This document shows positions 1 to 12,094 of a stretch of DNA of 64,000 nucleotides, one piece after another. The notes below the pieces were generated by a model that was not told the origin of the DNA, did no database searches, and was given only the letters and a program-made list of their open reading frames with translations. Position 1 is the first letter of the stretch; each line of letters starts with the position of its first letter. The DNA is from Squalus acanthias (Eukaryota), in contig CM059432.1 of NCBI GenBank assembly GCA_030390025.1, forward strand, positions 139,936,001 to 140,000,000, written 5' to 3'. The translations under genes were made by a program, and so were the position numbers.

Positions 1-839
1 GAGAAAGGAATAGAAGGACATGCGGATAGGGCTAATATCAACAAAAAAGTAAAAATCATTATTTGTTAGCCAAGAGTCCTTAAAATGCTTCTGATCACTT
101 ACTTTGAGGAAAGGTTGCCATGTCTTGTAGAGAAAGGGCTGGAGGACAATTGATTTTATGGGATCCAATTATTGGTTTCTCATTATTCAAAGAAAAAGGA
201 ACAATTTAAATTAAGGAGGCAAAAAAATGCCTATTATTCACCTTGTTCCAATTAAGAATCTCACAATTTATATGTATTATAAATAGAACGTTGTTTTGTT
301 TTTACTTCAGTTTTTAAAGTCCATAGAGCTTTTGTTCCACTTAATTGATTGGACAGTCTACAGCTTTGGCACTGACGATAGCTCAATGTGTTTGCCTCTC
401 CCCCAGAACCATGGATGTCCATTAGGAACAACATACAGTGCCAGGACTTAATTTTCCAGCACTGCCTACAATTACATCTGTCTTGGCTGGATATACCCAG
501 TGAGAGGTATCTTCTGTGAAATAAAAATAATTATCTTTGGGGGATTTATCTCTACTGTATTAATCTTATCAATTAACACATTATTAAAATTTAATTACTT
601 CATCTAAAATGGAAATCGCAATACCTGTCCCAGAAGCAACACGAACTGACATTTAAGGGCTTTAGCACCCTCATGTGTGCTATTTTTAATTCACCAGGTA
701 GTACATTTGCATAAGTTCCTGCTATTTCTTTGTTTTAATGCAGATATTAATCTGCTTATTTAGAAGATACAGATCTTTTAAAGGTTATGTAATTATGTTG
801 CATAATTCCTGCATCCTATACAAGTCTTGTTCACCACCA

Positions 840-1195
840 TCCTTACCATCCTGCACAGACTCTCCAACCTCCAATGACGCCCCGCCCCCAGTGCACTGAT
901 TTCAAAATCCTCATCCTCATTTACAAATCGCTCTAAAGTTCGCTCCACGGTACCTCAGCAACCTGCCACCAGCCCTACGTCCCGCTCAGACACTTCTTGT
1001 CTTTCTGTCTCCGGCCTCTTGTACATTCCTCCCTCCCTCCCTCTGTTCCACCATTAGCGGCAGTCTCTGCCACCATCTCGTCCCATACTCTCTTTATAAA
1101 TGTGCCACTTCATTTCTTTCCAGCCTCCTTAACACCTACTTCTTCAACTAACTTTTCTCTCGACTTCTGCTTTGGACTGATCCCCATTTTGTGAA
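840..1195 (+). mobile_element. Old L2 LINE 3' fragment
   Basis: Degenerate match to the L2 3' region at 6800-7250 (e.g. TTTCAAAATCCTCATCCTCATTTACAAATC vs TTTAAATTCTCATATTTGTTTTCAAATC). Confidence 0.6.
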
Positions 1196-1259
1196 GTGAT
1201 TTTTCACTAAATTAGAAGTGCTGTATCAGGCAGCTTTTGCATGGTCTTGCTGGCAGTGT

Positions 1260-1348
1260 GGGGCCTCACACACAGCCAGTGCGTTTTGGAAAACTACGAG
1301 CACTTTGCCTGTGACTTTCCATCAGGCACTGGCTGTGTGTGAGGCCCC
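1260..1348. repeat. Inverted repeat / long hairpin with a 23-bp perfect stem
   Basis: GGGGCCTCACACACAGCCAGTGC (1260-1282) is the exact reverse complement of 1326-1348. The inner segment pairs further (TGGAAA/TTTCCA). Confidence 0.9.
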
Positions 1349-1576
1349 TCCTGGCGCACAGAACCTTGCCGAATCTACCAGCATAAATGCCAGTTCTTCT
1401 GGGATATTTACTAGGAATTCCTACGGTAGGGTTAGAAAGGATTGTCCCATACTGTTCTCATCTTGCAAGTTTTGGAATTGTCCCGGATGTATGTATTTGC
1501 TATAATTGTGGCTGCCGTTTAGTTCTCTATAGCATTAATATTGGAATCAAAATATCCTGGCACTCATATACACTTG

Positions 1577-2245
1577 GGCCGGAATTTTCTCCAGGGAGGC
1601 GGGTTGGGGGCGGGGGGCCTCCGAGGCGGGCGGGAAACCCGGGAGGCTGGGCCTGATTTGCATGTGAGGCCTTGGATTCCTGCCCGCAGCCAGCCAAATT
1701 GAGAGGCTGGCTGGCTGCGGGCGGGTAGGCCCGCAGATGCCAGGGGTCAGTCCGGGGTCGGCATCGCAGGGGTGGGGGGGTGGTCGGGGATCAGCAGGGG
1801 GGGTGACGAGAGGATCGGGGCTGGCCTCATGGTGAGGATCGGAGGCCTAGGGAGATGATCGGAAGCCTCGTGGTGGGGTCTCCGATCGCGAGAGGTGGGT
1901 CAGGCAGGGACCCTGGATCCAGGAGGTAGGTATAAAGGCACTTACCTCCTGGATGCAGCCGTCCCCGCCTCGGTTTAACGGCCGGGTTTCACGAATTGTG
2001 TGAAACCCGTCCACATGCAGTTAAATTCAAAATGGAGGGGAAAAAGAGGCTCCGAACCTCATTATAAGATTTAAATTAACGTACCGCCCCCTGGGAGCGG
2101 GTTGGTCGCCCGCCTTCCGCCCCACCCCCCGGTAAAACCGGAAGTGGGCGGGTTGGAGGCGGGATCAGGTCGGGAATCCCATTTTTAACAATTTAACTGC
2201 CCCCACGCTCCAAACCCACCTGTTTTTTTAGGGGAAATTCCAGTC
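1577..2245. mobile_element. GC-rich non-autonomous DNA transposon (PIF/Harbinger-like MITE)
   Basis: Terminal GGCCGGAATTTTC ... GGAAATTCCAGTC imperfect TIRs, the same type as at 38431/40066. Confidence 0.6.
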
Positions 2246-2468
2246 GGTGTCAGTCATCCAAATATAATCACCCTAATTCCGACCATTAGTCCATATGTAA
2301 CAAACAAAAATCCACATACATCTCTTACACGTACACTGGTATCTTTATGACAAACCATATCTATGGTTACTATATGGAAATGTTACGAAAAAATAGTAAC
2401 ATTTTAATCATATGAATAGTTTGATACGCACATAGCTGGTGGCTCCTGTTACCCCTCCATGAAATCTG

Positions 2469-3272
2469 GGTGGCGATTTTGCCAGCCCTGGGGAGGCGGG
2501 TATGGAGGCGGGACAGCCGGGAAAATGGCATCTTCCCAGGAGGCGGGTAGCCGTCCCGCACCGGGTCCCGTCTCCTTGGATGGGGGAAGGGATTACAGCC
2601 ACTTAACTGCCTGTTAACAGGTAGTTAACAGGCAGAAAATAGGATTATCCCCTTTTTGCCCTCACAAGTGCGGGCTTCCCGAAGGCTCCGAAACCCGCCA
2701 GGTCAGCAAGGCGAGTACTGGGTCTGCGGGGGTCGGCGGGGGGGGGGGTGCAAAATTGTGCTGTGAAGGTAAGTGATGGGTGCAAGAGTGGAGAGGTGAG
2801 TATCTGAGGTAAGTGCAAAGTGTTAGTTAAGGTGTACTTACCTTTGTTTCTTCCTGCAGGCTTCAGTCGGTGTGTATGCGGAGAGTCTCGGACCTCCGTG
2901 TTGCAGATGACAGATGGCCATTGCATTCTCAGATGCAACAACCATCTCATTTCTGTAAAAGAAAGAAGTTTGATGAGGTCTTGAATTCAAGACCTCATCA
3001 AACTACAGAGAATGTCACTGTTTGACAGCCTCACAGAGCTGTCAAACGATCACAATTCATCTGTCAAAAATTTTTGACAGATGAAACGTCATACATTGAC
3101 GTTCTCTGCAACCAGCTTTCCCTTAATTGGCCTGCTAAGCCCGCTGGGTGGGCTTAACAAGGTCAATCAAGGGAAAATAGCGTGGGTTGGCCACAAATCG
3201 ATGGAGGCGGGACATCGACCCGCCAAGCAGCAGTCCCACCTCCAACACGCCCCCATTGGCAAAATCACCCCC
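2469..3272. mobile_element. PIF/Harbinger-like MITE with internal palindrome cluster
   Basis: TIRs GGTGGCGATTTTGCC / GGCAAAATCACCCCC (13/15), flanked by 3-bp CTG on both sides (2466-2468, 3273-3275). Confidence 0.7.
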
Positions 3273-3987
3273 CTGATCAGGAAAACATTTAGAATCAAGC
3301 TCAGCAAGGCACCCATACAACAACCTTTCCAGTACAACAACCTGAAATAGAAATATCATTTACTGGCAAAGTGACAGCTTTCGTTTTGACAAAAGTATTT
3401 TTAAGCATATAAGAGAGTCATTTAAAAATTATTTTATCCCTAAAATGCCATGCCTAGAATTTTGGTTGTCAGGGTTACCATTTTTGATTCTTATACTAAA
3501 ATATCTGTTATGCAGCACTTGTTTTTGACCTTGGAACATATTTTATGCAGAGGGAAATGTTTATGTTGCAGAGGGCTCGGAGAATATTTTGACTGGCTCA
3601 CTTCTATATTGGTCCCTGGATCCTACAAATAAAAATATTTTCTCGGAATAATCTGATCATTCTGGACCCCCAAATCCCCTAAACAGTGAATTTATGAAGT
3701 GGCAACTTTTGTTTATTATTCTAAAGGGAAGCGGTTCAATCCAGAAAATCTATTGTTTGATATTTTACATTAATATTGCTTTCACTGGCGATATTCTGGA
3801 GTTGTCTTTGGATCCCAGTGTTGTTTGGTACAATGTTATCTATAATTTTAAACCTTTCTAACATTAATATCTGAGGTAAGGACTCTTCTTGTGTTTACCG
3901 TATTTTTTGTTAATAATATATACAAGGTTTGACATTTCTCTACCATACCATGAAATAAAATTAAATATTGTTGGAAGTTCTTTTCTC

Positions 3988-6900
3988 GGCTTCTTTTCTC
4001 TACTGCAAACCATCCTCTTAAACCCCTCTCCCCTGTCTCCTCCACCCTCACCTCCAACAACAAATGTGAGGAGCTCATGGACTTCTTTGTCACTAAGATT
4101 GAGACCATCCATTCAGCTGCCTCTGCCACTTCCCACCCTTCCCCTAGCCCACTGGGCCAAACTTCCTTGAAGGTTCCCCCCTGCCCTAGCCCTAAACTCG
4201 CATCTTTCTCCAGTTTCTCTCCGATCGCCCTCATACCCTCTCTGAGCTCATCTTGTCCATGAGACCCACTTCCTGCTTCCTCGACCATATTCCCTCTAAC
4301 TGCTGACCACCCAACTTCCTTTCCTGGCTCCCATGTTAGCTGATATTGTTAACGGTTCTCTCGCCTCAGGTACTGTCCCCCCTCCTTCAAATTTGCCATC
4401 ATCAACCCTCTCCTCAAAAAAAACACTTTACCCCACCGTCCTTGCAAACTACCGCCCCATCTCCAACCCTCCTTTCCTCTCCAAATTCTTCGAACGTGTT
4501 GTCGCCTCCCAAATCTGAGCCCGTCTTTCCCAGAACTCCACGTTTGAATCTCTCCAATCGGGTCTCCGCCCCTGCCATAGTACCGAAACGGCTCTTATCA
4601 AAAGTCACAAATGACATCCTACGTGACTGTGACAAAGGTAAACTAACCATCCTCGTCCTTCTTGATCTGTCTGCAGCCTTTGACACGGTTGGCCACACCA
4701 TCCTCCTCCAACGCCTCTCCACGTTCGTCCAGCTGGGTGGGACGGTACTTGTCTGGTTCCATTCTTATCTATCTAATATTAGCCAGAGAATCACCTGCAA
4801 TGGCTTCTCCTCCCGCTCCCGCATCGTTACCTCTGGTGTCCCCCAAGGATCTATCCTTGGCCCCGCCTATCTCTCATCTACATGCTGCCCCTCGGCGACA
4901 TCATCCGAAAACACAGCGTCAGTTTCCACATGTACGCTGATGACACCCAGCTCTACCTCACCACCACTTCTCTCGACCCCTCCACGGTCTCAAAATTGTT
5001 AGACTGCTTGTCCGACATCCAGTACTGGATGAGCAGAAATTTCCTCCAACTAAATATTGGGAAGACCGAAGCTATTGTCTTCAGTCCTTGTGTAAGATTC
5101 TCAAAATTCACAGATCCCCCAAAACTCGGAGAAAAACCCTAAGGAAAAGGACTTTGAACTTTTTTTCTAACCACTTCAGGGTGATAAAATGTATTGGGCC
5201 TTACAGAGGGAGGTTCAAAGTCAAAAACCAAGTTTTGGTATTTTAAAAGGGCATGTTTGGGCTTGTAAAGGAAAAAGGCTGCAACAGGAGTTGGGATCAA
5301 CCTCTGTAAAGACAGTTTGGGTATTGGAGTTAATCAAACTGTCTGGGGAACTGTTTAACGTCACTCAGCCCCTATCAGACAATTTTACATTCTAACAATA
5401 GACCCACGGAAGAGCAGTCCCCACCCAAATTACAGGACCCATCCAAAACATGCATAAAACAAATCACCTAGCCCCACTCCATAGAAATCTCAGGCCCAGT
5501 CAGGAAACTCGAAACCTGAGCACAATGACTACAATCAAGAAACAGCTCAACAGCTCATGGAACAATCCCGAAACCACTTCACACTTTCGTGAACAATTGA
5601 AGGCCTGTTTTCTCAAGTTCAAGAGTGGAGCAGTTACACAGTTACAACAATCAGGAGTTCATCGAGTTCAGCAGTTACGGAGTTCAGCAGCTCTAGAAGC
5701 AGGTTGACACACAAGAGGAGACCAGATCAACAGTTCCAGTGACCATCAGACACCTCGCGGCGACAAGGGCCTTACGAAACAACGAACCGAATATTACCAC
5801 CAACCAACCGGGTAATATTGGGCCACCGCGACCAAAGAAAACTAACTCAGGAGAAAACCGAAGATCCGCAAGTTTTCCACTCTACAATCTGTTCCTGACT
5901 TACCCCTGGGTAAGATTTTTACTTCAAAAGACTCTAAACCCTATCTCTAACAGAGGAAAAGTGGGTACTCACCCGATAAATCCAATACGCACCCTACCGC
6001 ATCAGCGGACTCGCGAAGACTGACCAGACACGCAGTCGAAGTCCTCTACCGCGTCCGGGGTACGGCAGGCACCAATCAACACACCCAGCGAACCCCGAAA
6101 CCGCGAACCAGCTCAACTGTCAAGGATTCGTTTGGTGAGCATTATCCCTGGTCCTCTAGAGCCCAACTTAGCTCGTAAAGTGGGATTGGGAGGGGTGAGG
6201 TATTTTTCTACTGTAATTGCCCTCGTGTGTATCGAAGTGTTCCCCATTTTATTAGAGTGTTAAGATTATTGTGTTATATTTTCTCTCTTGAATAAAGATC
6301 AAAGTTTCTTGCACCAAAACCAGTTGTCTGCTGCAATTTTTGTCACAACCCCCAAATAAGTCCAAGGTCTAGAACCAAGGGAGTGGGAGCGATTCGAACC
6401 GCTCAGAAGTCAGAGGTGAAGCTGACACACACCACCGCCCCCTACACTTGCCACGAACACCGTTCCCCAGCCACCGACTCCATTTCTCTCCCCGGCAACT
6501 GTCTGGGGCTGAACTAGACTGTTCGCAACCTTGGTGTCATATTTGACCCTGAAATGAGCTTCTGGCCACATATCCACGCCGTCACTAAGACCGCCTATTT
6601 CCATCTCTAGAACATCGCTCGTCTCCGCCCCTGCCTCAGCTCATCTGCTGCTGAAACTCTCATCCATTCCTTTGTTGCCACTAGTCTTGACTATTCCAAC
6701 GCACTCCTGGCTGGCCTCCCACGTTCTACCCTCCATAAACTTGAGTTCATCCAAAACTCTGCTGTCTGTGTCCTAACTCGCACCAAGTCCTGTTCACCTA
6801 TTACCCCTGTGCTCGCTGACCTACATTGGCTCCCGGTTAAGCAACGCCTCAATTTTTAAATTCTCATATTTGTTTTCAAATCCCTCCATGGCCTCGCCCC

Positions 6901-7254
6901 TCCCTATCTCTGTAATCTCCTCCAGCCCAACAACCCCCCCGAGATATCTGCCCTCCTCTAATTCTGCCCTCTTGAGCATCCCTGATTTTAATCGCTCAAC
7001 AATTGATGGCCGTTCCTTCTGTTGCCTAGGCCCTAAGCTCTGGAATTTCCTCCCTAAACCTCTCCGCCTCTCTACCTCTCTTTCCTCCTTTAAGACGCTC
7101 CTTAAAACCTACCTCTTTGACCAAGCTTTTGATCAACTGTCCTAATATCTCCTTATGGGGCTCGGTGTCAAATTCTATTCATAACACTCCTGTGAAGCGC
7201 CTTGGGACGTTTTACTACGTTAAAGGCGCTATATAAATACAAGCTGTTGTTGTT
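3988..7254 (+). mobile_element. L2 LINE, 5'-truncated and frameshifted, interrupted by a solo LTR
   Basis: RT motifs LLDLSAAFDTV, SGVPQGSILGP and MYADDTQLY in ORFs 4346-5002 and 4882-5142. L2 resumes at 6447 and ends in a (TGT)n tail. Confidence 0.93.
5091..6446 (+). mobile_element. Solo LTR (1356 bp), Gypsy- or ERV-type
   Basis: TGTA...TACA termini, 4-bp TSD CTTG (5087-5090, 6447-6450) and AATAAA at 6291. It cleanly splits the L2 coding sequence. Confidence 0.85.
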
Positions 7255-7489
7255 CAAGGCACTTGTGGGTTAAAATTGTGCTGTGTGTTACTAGTAATGA
7301 ACCCATTAATGTGTTGGTAGGAATTTCATTTGTCTGATATTTTAACAAAGGCAATATATAAAATGCTTAATACCTTTGTTAAGGTACTGGACACAGGAAT
7401 TACAAACGAGTGCATTACGTACTGCTACTAATATTGCAAAGCGCGATTCCAAATCATTTGTGTACTAGCACTTCAGTTCAATTATACGA

Positions 7490-7760
7490 TAGAATCACAG
7501 CAGCCCACTATCTGCCATGATAGCTACTATTCCCATTGGTGGCCATGTTTTCATGCCCTGGAATTTTCTCCCTAAATCCTTCTGCCTCTGTCCCTCCATT
7601 TCATCCTTTAAGATCGTCCTTTAAGATTCTCCTTAGAACGCACCTCTTCGACCAATTTTTCCTTCTTTGGATGAGCATTAATTTCCCCTTAATCTTTTGT
7701 GAAGCACCTCTGGATGTTATTCCACATTAAAGATGCTACATTAACGCAAATTGGTGTTAA
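7490..7760 (+). mobile_element. Old L2 3' tail fragment
   Basis: Degenerate match to 6990-7250 (CTGGAATTTTCTCCCTAAA, CACCTCTTCGACCAA, TGTGAAGCACCT). Confidence 0.6.
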
Positions 7761-7817
7761 ATCTGTGTTGTCGATAAACTGCAGAAGTTTCGCTTAGATA
7801 ATTAGCATTATATTAAA

Positions 7818-7927
7818 AAAAAGAAAGACTTGAATTTATATCGCGCCTTTCACAACCTCAGGGATGTCCCATAGCACTTTACAACCAATGAAGTACTTTT
7901 GAAGTGCAGTCACTGTTGTAATGTAGG
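7818..7927 (-). mobile_element. SacSINE1-like DeuSINE, 3' tail fragment
   Basis: Matches the tail of the full copies at 17692 and 24478. Confidence 0.7.
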
Positions 7928-8029
7928 ATTGTACGAATCTTTCGAGTGTTACTGGCTTGCAGTACACTCTGGTCTATGTATAATTCCTGATATATCATAC
8001 ATTAGCTTACATGTTTTACTGGATGTAAC

Positions 8030-8366
8030 ATCTCACCCTATCAACGTATCCTTCCATTCCTTTCTCCCTCTGGCTTCCCCTTAAATGCATCTCTGCTATT
8101 CGCCTCAATTAGTCCTTATGGTAGTGAGTTCCACACTCTCACCACTCTCTGGGTAAAGAAGTTTTCCCTGAATTCCCTATTGGATTTATTCGTGACTATT
8201 TTATATTCATGGCCCCGTTCTTGTCTTGCCCACAAGTGAAAACATTTTCTCTACGTCTACACTATCGAACCCTTTCATAATTATAAAGACCTCTAACAGG
8301 TCACCCCCTCAGCCTTCTCTTTTCCAGAGAAAAGGGCTCCAGTCTGTTCAGTCTTTCCTGATAGCT
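8030..8366 (-). mobile_element. CR1 (HER1-like) LINE 3' fragment
   Basis: Antisense of the CR1 C-terminal region (CACCACTCTCTGGGTAAAGAAGTT); similar to 51390-51778. Confidence 0.8.
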
Positions 8367-8428
8367 GTGCCCATCCTTCAGATAATTTATTCAGTCCTGG
8401 TGTTAATTGAGTTTCATAAAACAAAAGT

Positions 8429-8972
8429 GAGAGTCCTGACTTTAACTCGGGGTACGAATCGAGGTGGCCAGGAAGCCCATTTTCACTGGTGGTGTCAATT
8501 TTAACTCCCTGACCTCAACTCCACATGAAAGGTCAGACACCCGCGGGAATCGCTACCTAGTTGGCGGGCGGGAGCGAATTTTGGACGGTAGGAGGCTGCC
8601 AGGGGTGGAGGGGGGGGGAGGACTGGAAGGAACGCTCCCTGGCATAGGGTGGTGGGGGGGGGGGGGGGCTGTCTGGAATAGACCGAAGTTGAGAGAGAGG
8701 GAGGGAACCCTGGGGAAGGGGAGGCCCAAGGTTGGCAAGGAGTACTCCTGCTCCTCCTGGCCCAGAAGGAAACCATTAAAAAAATTAAAAATACTCAGGC
8801 TCCCAGGCCTCATTTGGCCCAGCTCTAGCTTGCCGCTAGGCTTGACTGGCAGGCTCTGGCACTGCACGTGATTTGCGCGAGTCAGATTAAAATCCCGTCA
8901 GGGTCCTTATTGTGTCAATATTTAAATATTAGTGAGACCCCCACCTGCCTGTGGCAGAGTGAAAATTGGGCC
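8429..8972. mobile_element. Harbinger-like MITE or fragment with poly-G runs
   Basis: Ends in GTGAAAATTGGGCC, a TIR type shared with other MITEs here. The left end is uncertain. Confidence 0.45.
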
Positions 8973-9617
8973 TTTAAGTTTATATTGACATCAATGAACT
9001 AATTTAAAGTTATTTGCTTTTAAATGTTCTTACATTAATAATTACATTAGAAACACACACAGAGCTTTTCAAGTTATCAAATAAATGCAGCTCATTCCAG
9101 TCATTGCTGCTATAAGACGTTGAATAATGAAGAGAAGTATTTACTGTACAGCTTGAGTGGGCTGATGGTTTTTTTTTCTGTTTGCTCTTCCTGTAAGGGC
9201 AGCTGAATGTTGGTGTATGCAGCAATTCATTCACTGAACACATCAGTTTTTATATGAAACGGAGGTCACCTGCGAAGGGAAAAGGTTTTAGATTTCTGCT
9301 TTGAAATGCAAAATAAACCCATTTTAAACTGAGGAAATGCTTCAGGCTGTTGACGAGATTGCATCGCTGGGCAGCCTCTTTGGTTCACTGCTGTTACAAA
9401 TAACTCCAAGCTGCAGTGAAACTACAGTTAGAGCAGCACAATGGGCATGGGCTAAAGTGATGGTGGACTTGATATGTTTGGGAAGAAGAACTATTTGTAA
9501 TTATCAGCGTGGTGATGTCAAATATCATAGTGATTACTTCCTGTTTGCAAATGTGCAACTGACATTTGCCACACACTTGTGCGTGACTATTTAAAAAAAT
9601 CCAATTTTACCTCACTC

Positions 9618-9950
9618 TGGGTCGATTTTGAGCGCCCTCGCCTGGTGTTAACGGGGCGGTATCATCCCCAAAATGGGGTCGATAGCCTCACCGCCCCCGT
9701 TAACACCCGGGATGCAGCCGGCATCATTTTGAAAGGGGCCTTTCGCCAGGTGTCCAGAGCCCACGCCTGTTTCAGGCGATGGGCCCCTTTTAATATGGAA
9801 ATGGGGGAACCCATGATGCAAATAGGACCCCGGTTGCCATTTTAGGTAGGAACTGGTTGGAGTCTCCGCAGTGCACACTCCGATCAGTTCCACGGGCGGG
9901 GAAAGAGAAGAGGCCCGGCCAAAGGTCAAACTCTACCCCCCTCACTCTCC
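9618..9950. mobile_element. Harbinger-like MITE left-end fragment
   Basis: Starts GGGTCGATTTTG with an abrupt switch to CpG-rich sequence. Confidence 0.4.
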
Positions 9951-9959
9951 AAAGGTTCT

Positions 9960-10180
9960 TGTAAGGTATGCTTCTGTGGTTTATGGCAGGCCTCTGGTAC
10001 CTTGCCTAAGTAGCCATTCTTCATGTGTGAGCCTAGGTGGTGAGTCTCAGCAGGCTGGTTAACCATGATGGGCTGAGATCAGCTCAATCTTCACAAACCA
10101 GAGATCCTATCTGGGAACTTCTGGTCTTCCAACATCACACATTGCAGTACATCTACCTACTAAATGACTGGGGGAGCTAA
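9960..10180 (-). mobile_element. Old SINE-like fragment, family unresolved
   Basis: AAGTAGCCATTCTTCATGTGTGAGCCTAG is the near reverse complement of CTGGGTTCATAAATGAAGAACGGCCACTT at about 11644-11671, so it is a dispersed repeat. Confidence 0.4.
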
Positions 10181-10587
10181 CAATGTTCATTGAATATCCA
10201 GGATAATATTCTGATATCTAATTCTCAGCAACTAGGATGTGAAAGAGGTTAAATTAATGCGAGCTCTTTCTTTAAAAAAGCAAAAAGTTTAAATGCACAA
10301 ATCAGCCACCAGAGTCCAGTCTTCACAAATATGGGCACTGCATTCTTTTACCTGGGTCCTTTCCAGTGAGATTTAAACCAGGGAGCCTTGAATGCAACTG
10401 TTATCCATTAGACTGATCAACCAGAAAATGAACAAGTTAGATCCAAATCTGGCCGACATACACGTGGCATTCATTGAAAGTTTTGTCTTTACTGCTGCTA
10501 CTTTTCTATACATCAAGCGACAAGGAAACCTGACCTGAAACTAATAATTTGAAAGGAAAGGTTGTTGTGAGCAAACAAAATCTTCTT

Positions 10588-10744
10588 GGGGTAGAAATTA
10601 GTCTCAGACGGCGGCGCAAAACGGGCGGAATTGGATGGGCCGCCCGTTATACACAATGGCGGATTGACTGCAGTGGAACTGAACATCAGGTGCTGCGTAT
10701 AACCGGCGGCCCATCCGATACCGCCCGAGACGAATTTCTAGGCC
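10588..10744. mobile_element. Palindromic Harbinger-like MITE (157 bp)
   Basis: TIR GGGGTAGAAATT / AATTTCTAGGCC with 3-bp flanks CTT/CTT. Same family as 38055-38239. Confidence 0.8.
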
Positions 10745-11694
10745 CTTGTCTCTTATCCCCACCCCAGTTTGCTGATAATTTTGAATTTGTAGCCAATTAA
10801 AGAGAAGAGGACTGACTGGCACGGTGCCACACCTCTCCATTTCAGAGCGACTGGCCCCTGCCCGACCCAACGCTTGGGCACAATTCCAAAATGGGCTCGA
10901 AATCACTTTGTGCCTTCGTTCCCAGATGCCAAAGGAAAAGTAAGGGCAAGGCATCATCCAGACCTTTTGGTAAAGTTCCCTGTTTTTCAACCTGAAAATC
11001 CTGAGCATCCAGGGTTATGGCAGAAATATAGTTCGTACAATAGAACTCATTTTTAAACAGTTGAAAAGGGCCAGTCTTTTTTACAAAAGTATTTATTCGA
11101 GAGCTGCACTTTTGGATTTGTCACAAAATCCTTCATTTGGTATAATAAAACACTGCACTCTTCTTTAAAACAACACCATCGCTATGGGAACAGCTCAAGT
11201 TGTTAGCTTCCATGTGCTGTAGGTTAAAATCAGGTCTGCCATTCGCCTCACTTCACACACTGCAATTTAGTGCCATTTTATGCTTCTCATGCCCACAAAT
11301 CCACATGCAGACTATGGGCCTAATTTAACCTTTTTGCTTTGCACCATATGATTTTAGCCCAAATGGAGGCTAAAGCTGGTCTGTTGCCCAGACGTATCTT
11401 TTAATCTCTATTTCTACCAAAACTTACACTGTGGAACTCAATCCTGGAGAAATCAGGTATCAGCCAAGTTCTCCATCTATAGCTTTGCGCCCCTGTGAAG
11501 AGGAGGGATTGTGCCGACAATCAGCCAGTGTTTCTGGCTCCTGATTGTTACCTAATGACCCCCCCGCTGGAAATTGCACATGAATTAATGTTGGACAGCA
11601 TGAGATGCCCCTAGTGGTACAATAGCCTCCTGACATTCATCATCTGGGTTCATAAATGAAGAACGGCCACTTGGGTGGGCTACTGGAAGGCGGC

Positions 11695-11990
11695 TTCGTT
11701 GGTAGCACTCTCACTTCTGAGCCAGAAGGTTGTGGGTTTACTCCCAGTGCAGTACTGAGCGAATGCTGCACTGTCAGAGGTGCTGTCTTTCGGATGAGAC
11801 CCCGTCTTCTCTCTCAGGTGGATGTAAAAGATCCCATGGCCACTATTTGATGCTCCTCCCCATCTCACTCTGCTCTGCTTCGAAATAATGCCAATGGATA
11901 TTTTACATCCACCCGAGAGGCCAGGCAGAACCTCGGTTTAAAGTTTCATCTGAAAGACGCCACCTCTGACAGTGCAGCACTCCCTCAGTA
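11695..11990. mobile_element. Two SacSINE1-like fragments in inverted orientation
   Basis: A plus-strand head/Deu fragment (11695-11850) is followed by a minus-strand fragment of the same region (11870-11990). Confidence 0.75.
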
Positions 11991-12094
11991 TCACAAATCA
12001 CTTTAAATAACGATGATTAAACTTGCAGTTTTCTCCCATCTTGAACACAAGGAAATAAAAGTACTCAGACCACATATTGGAGTTGGTTTTTGAA

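Noticed and set aside
407..507. Plus-strand exon-like segment (CTCCCCCAG|...GAG|GTATCT)
   Set aside because: One frame is open, but there is no recognisable homology or partner exon and the donor is weak.
1293..1307. 14/15 complement to the 5' end of miR-20b (ACTACGAGCACTTTG) and a nearby miR-34-like TGGCAGTGT
   Set aside because: The match lies across the hairpin loop rather than an arm. A match this short to some miRNA is expected by chance in 64 kb.
2900..3090. CRISPR-like or attC-like array
   Set aside because: The palindromic units differ from one another, there is no repeat-spacer periodicity or cas/integrase gene, and the context is vertebrate.
10352..10534. Minus-strand exon-like segment
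   Set aside because: Stops occur in all three frames and there is no independent support.
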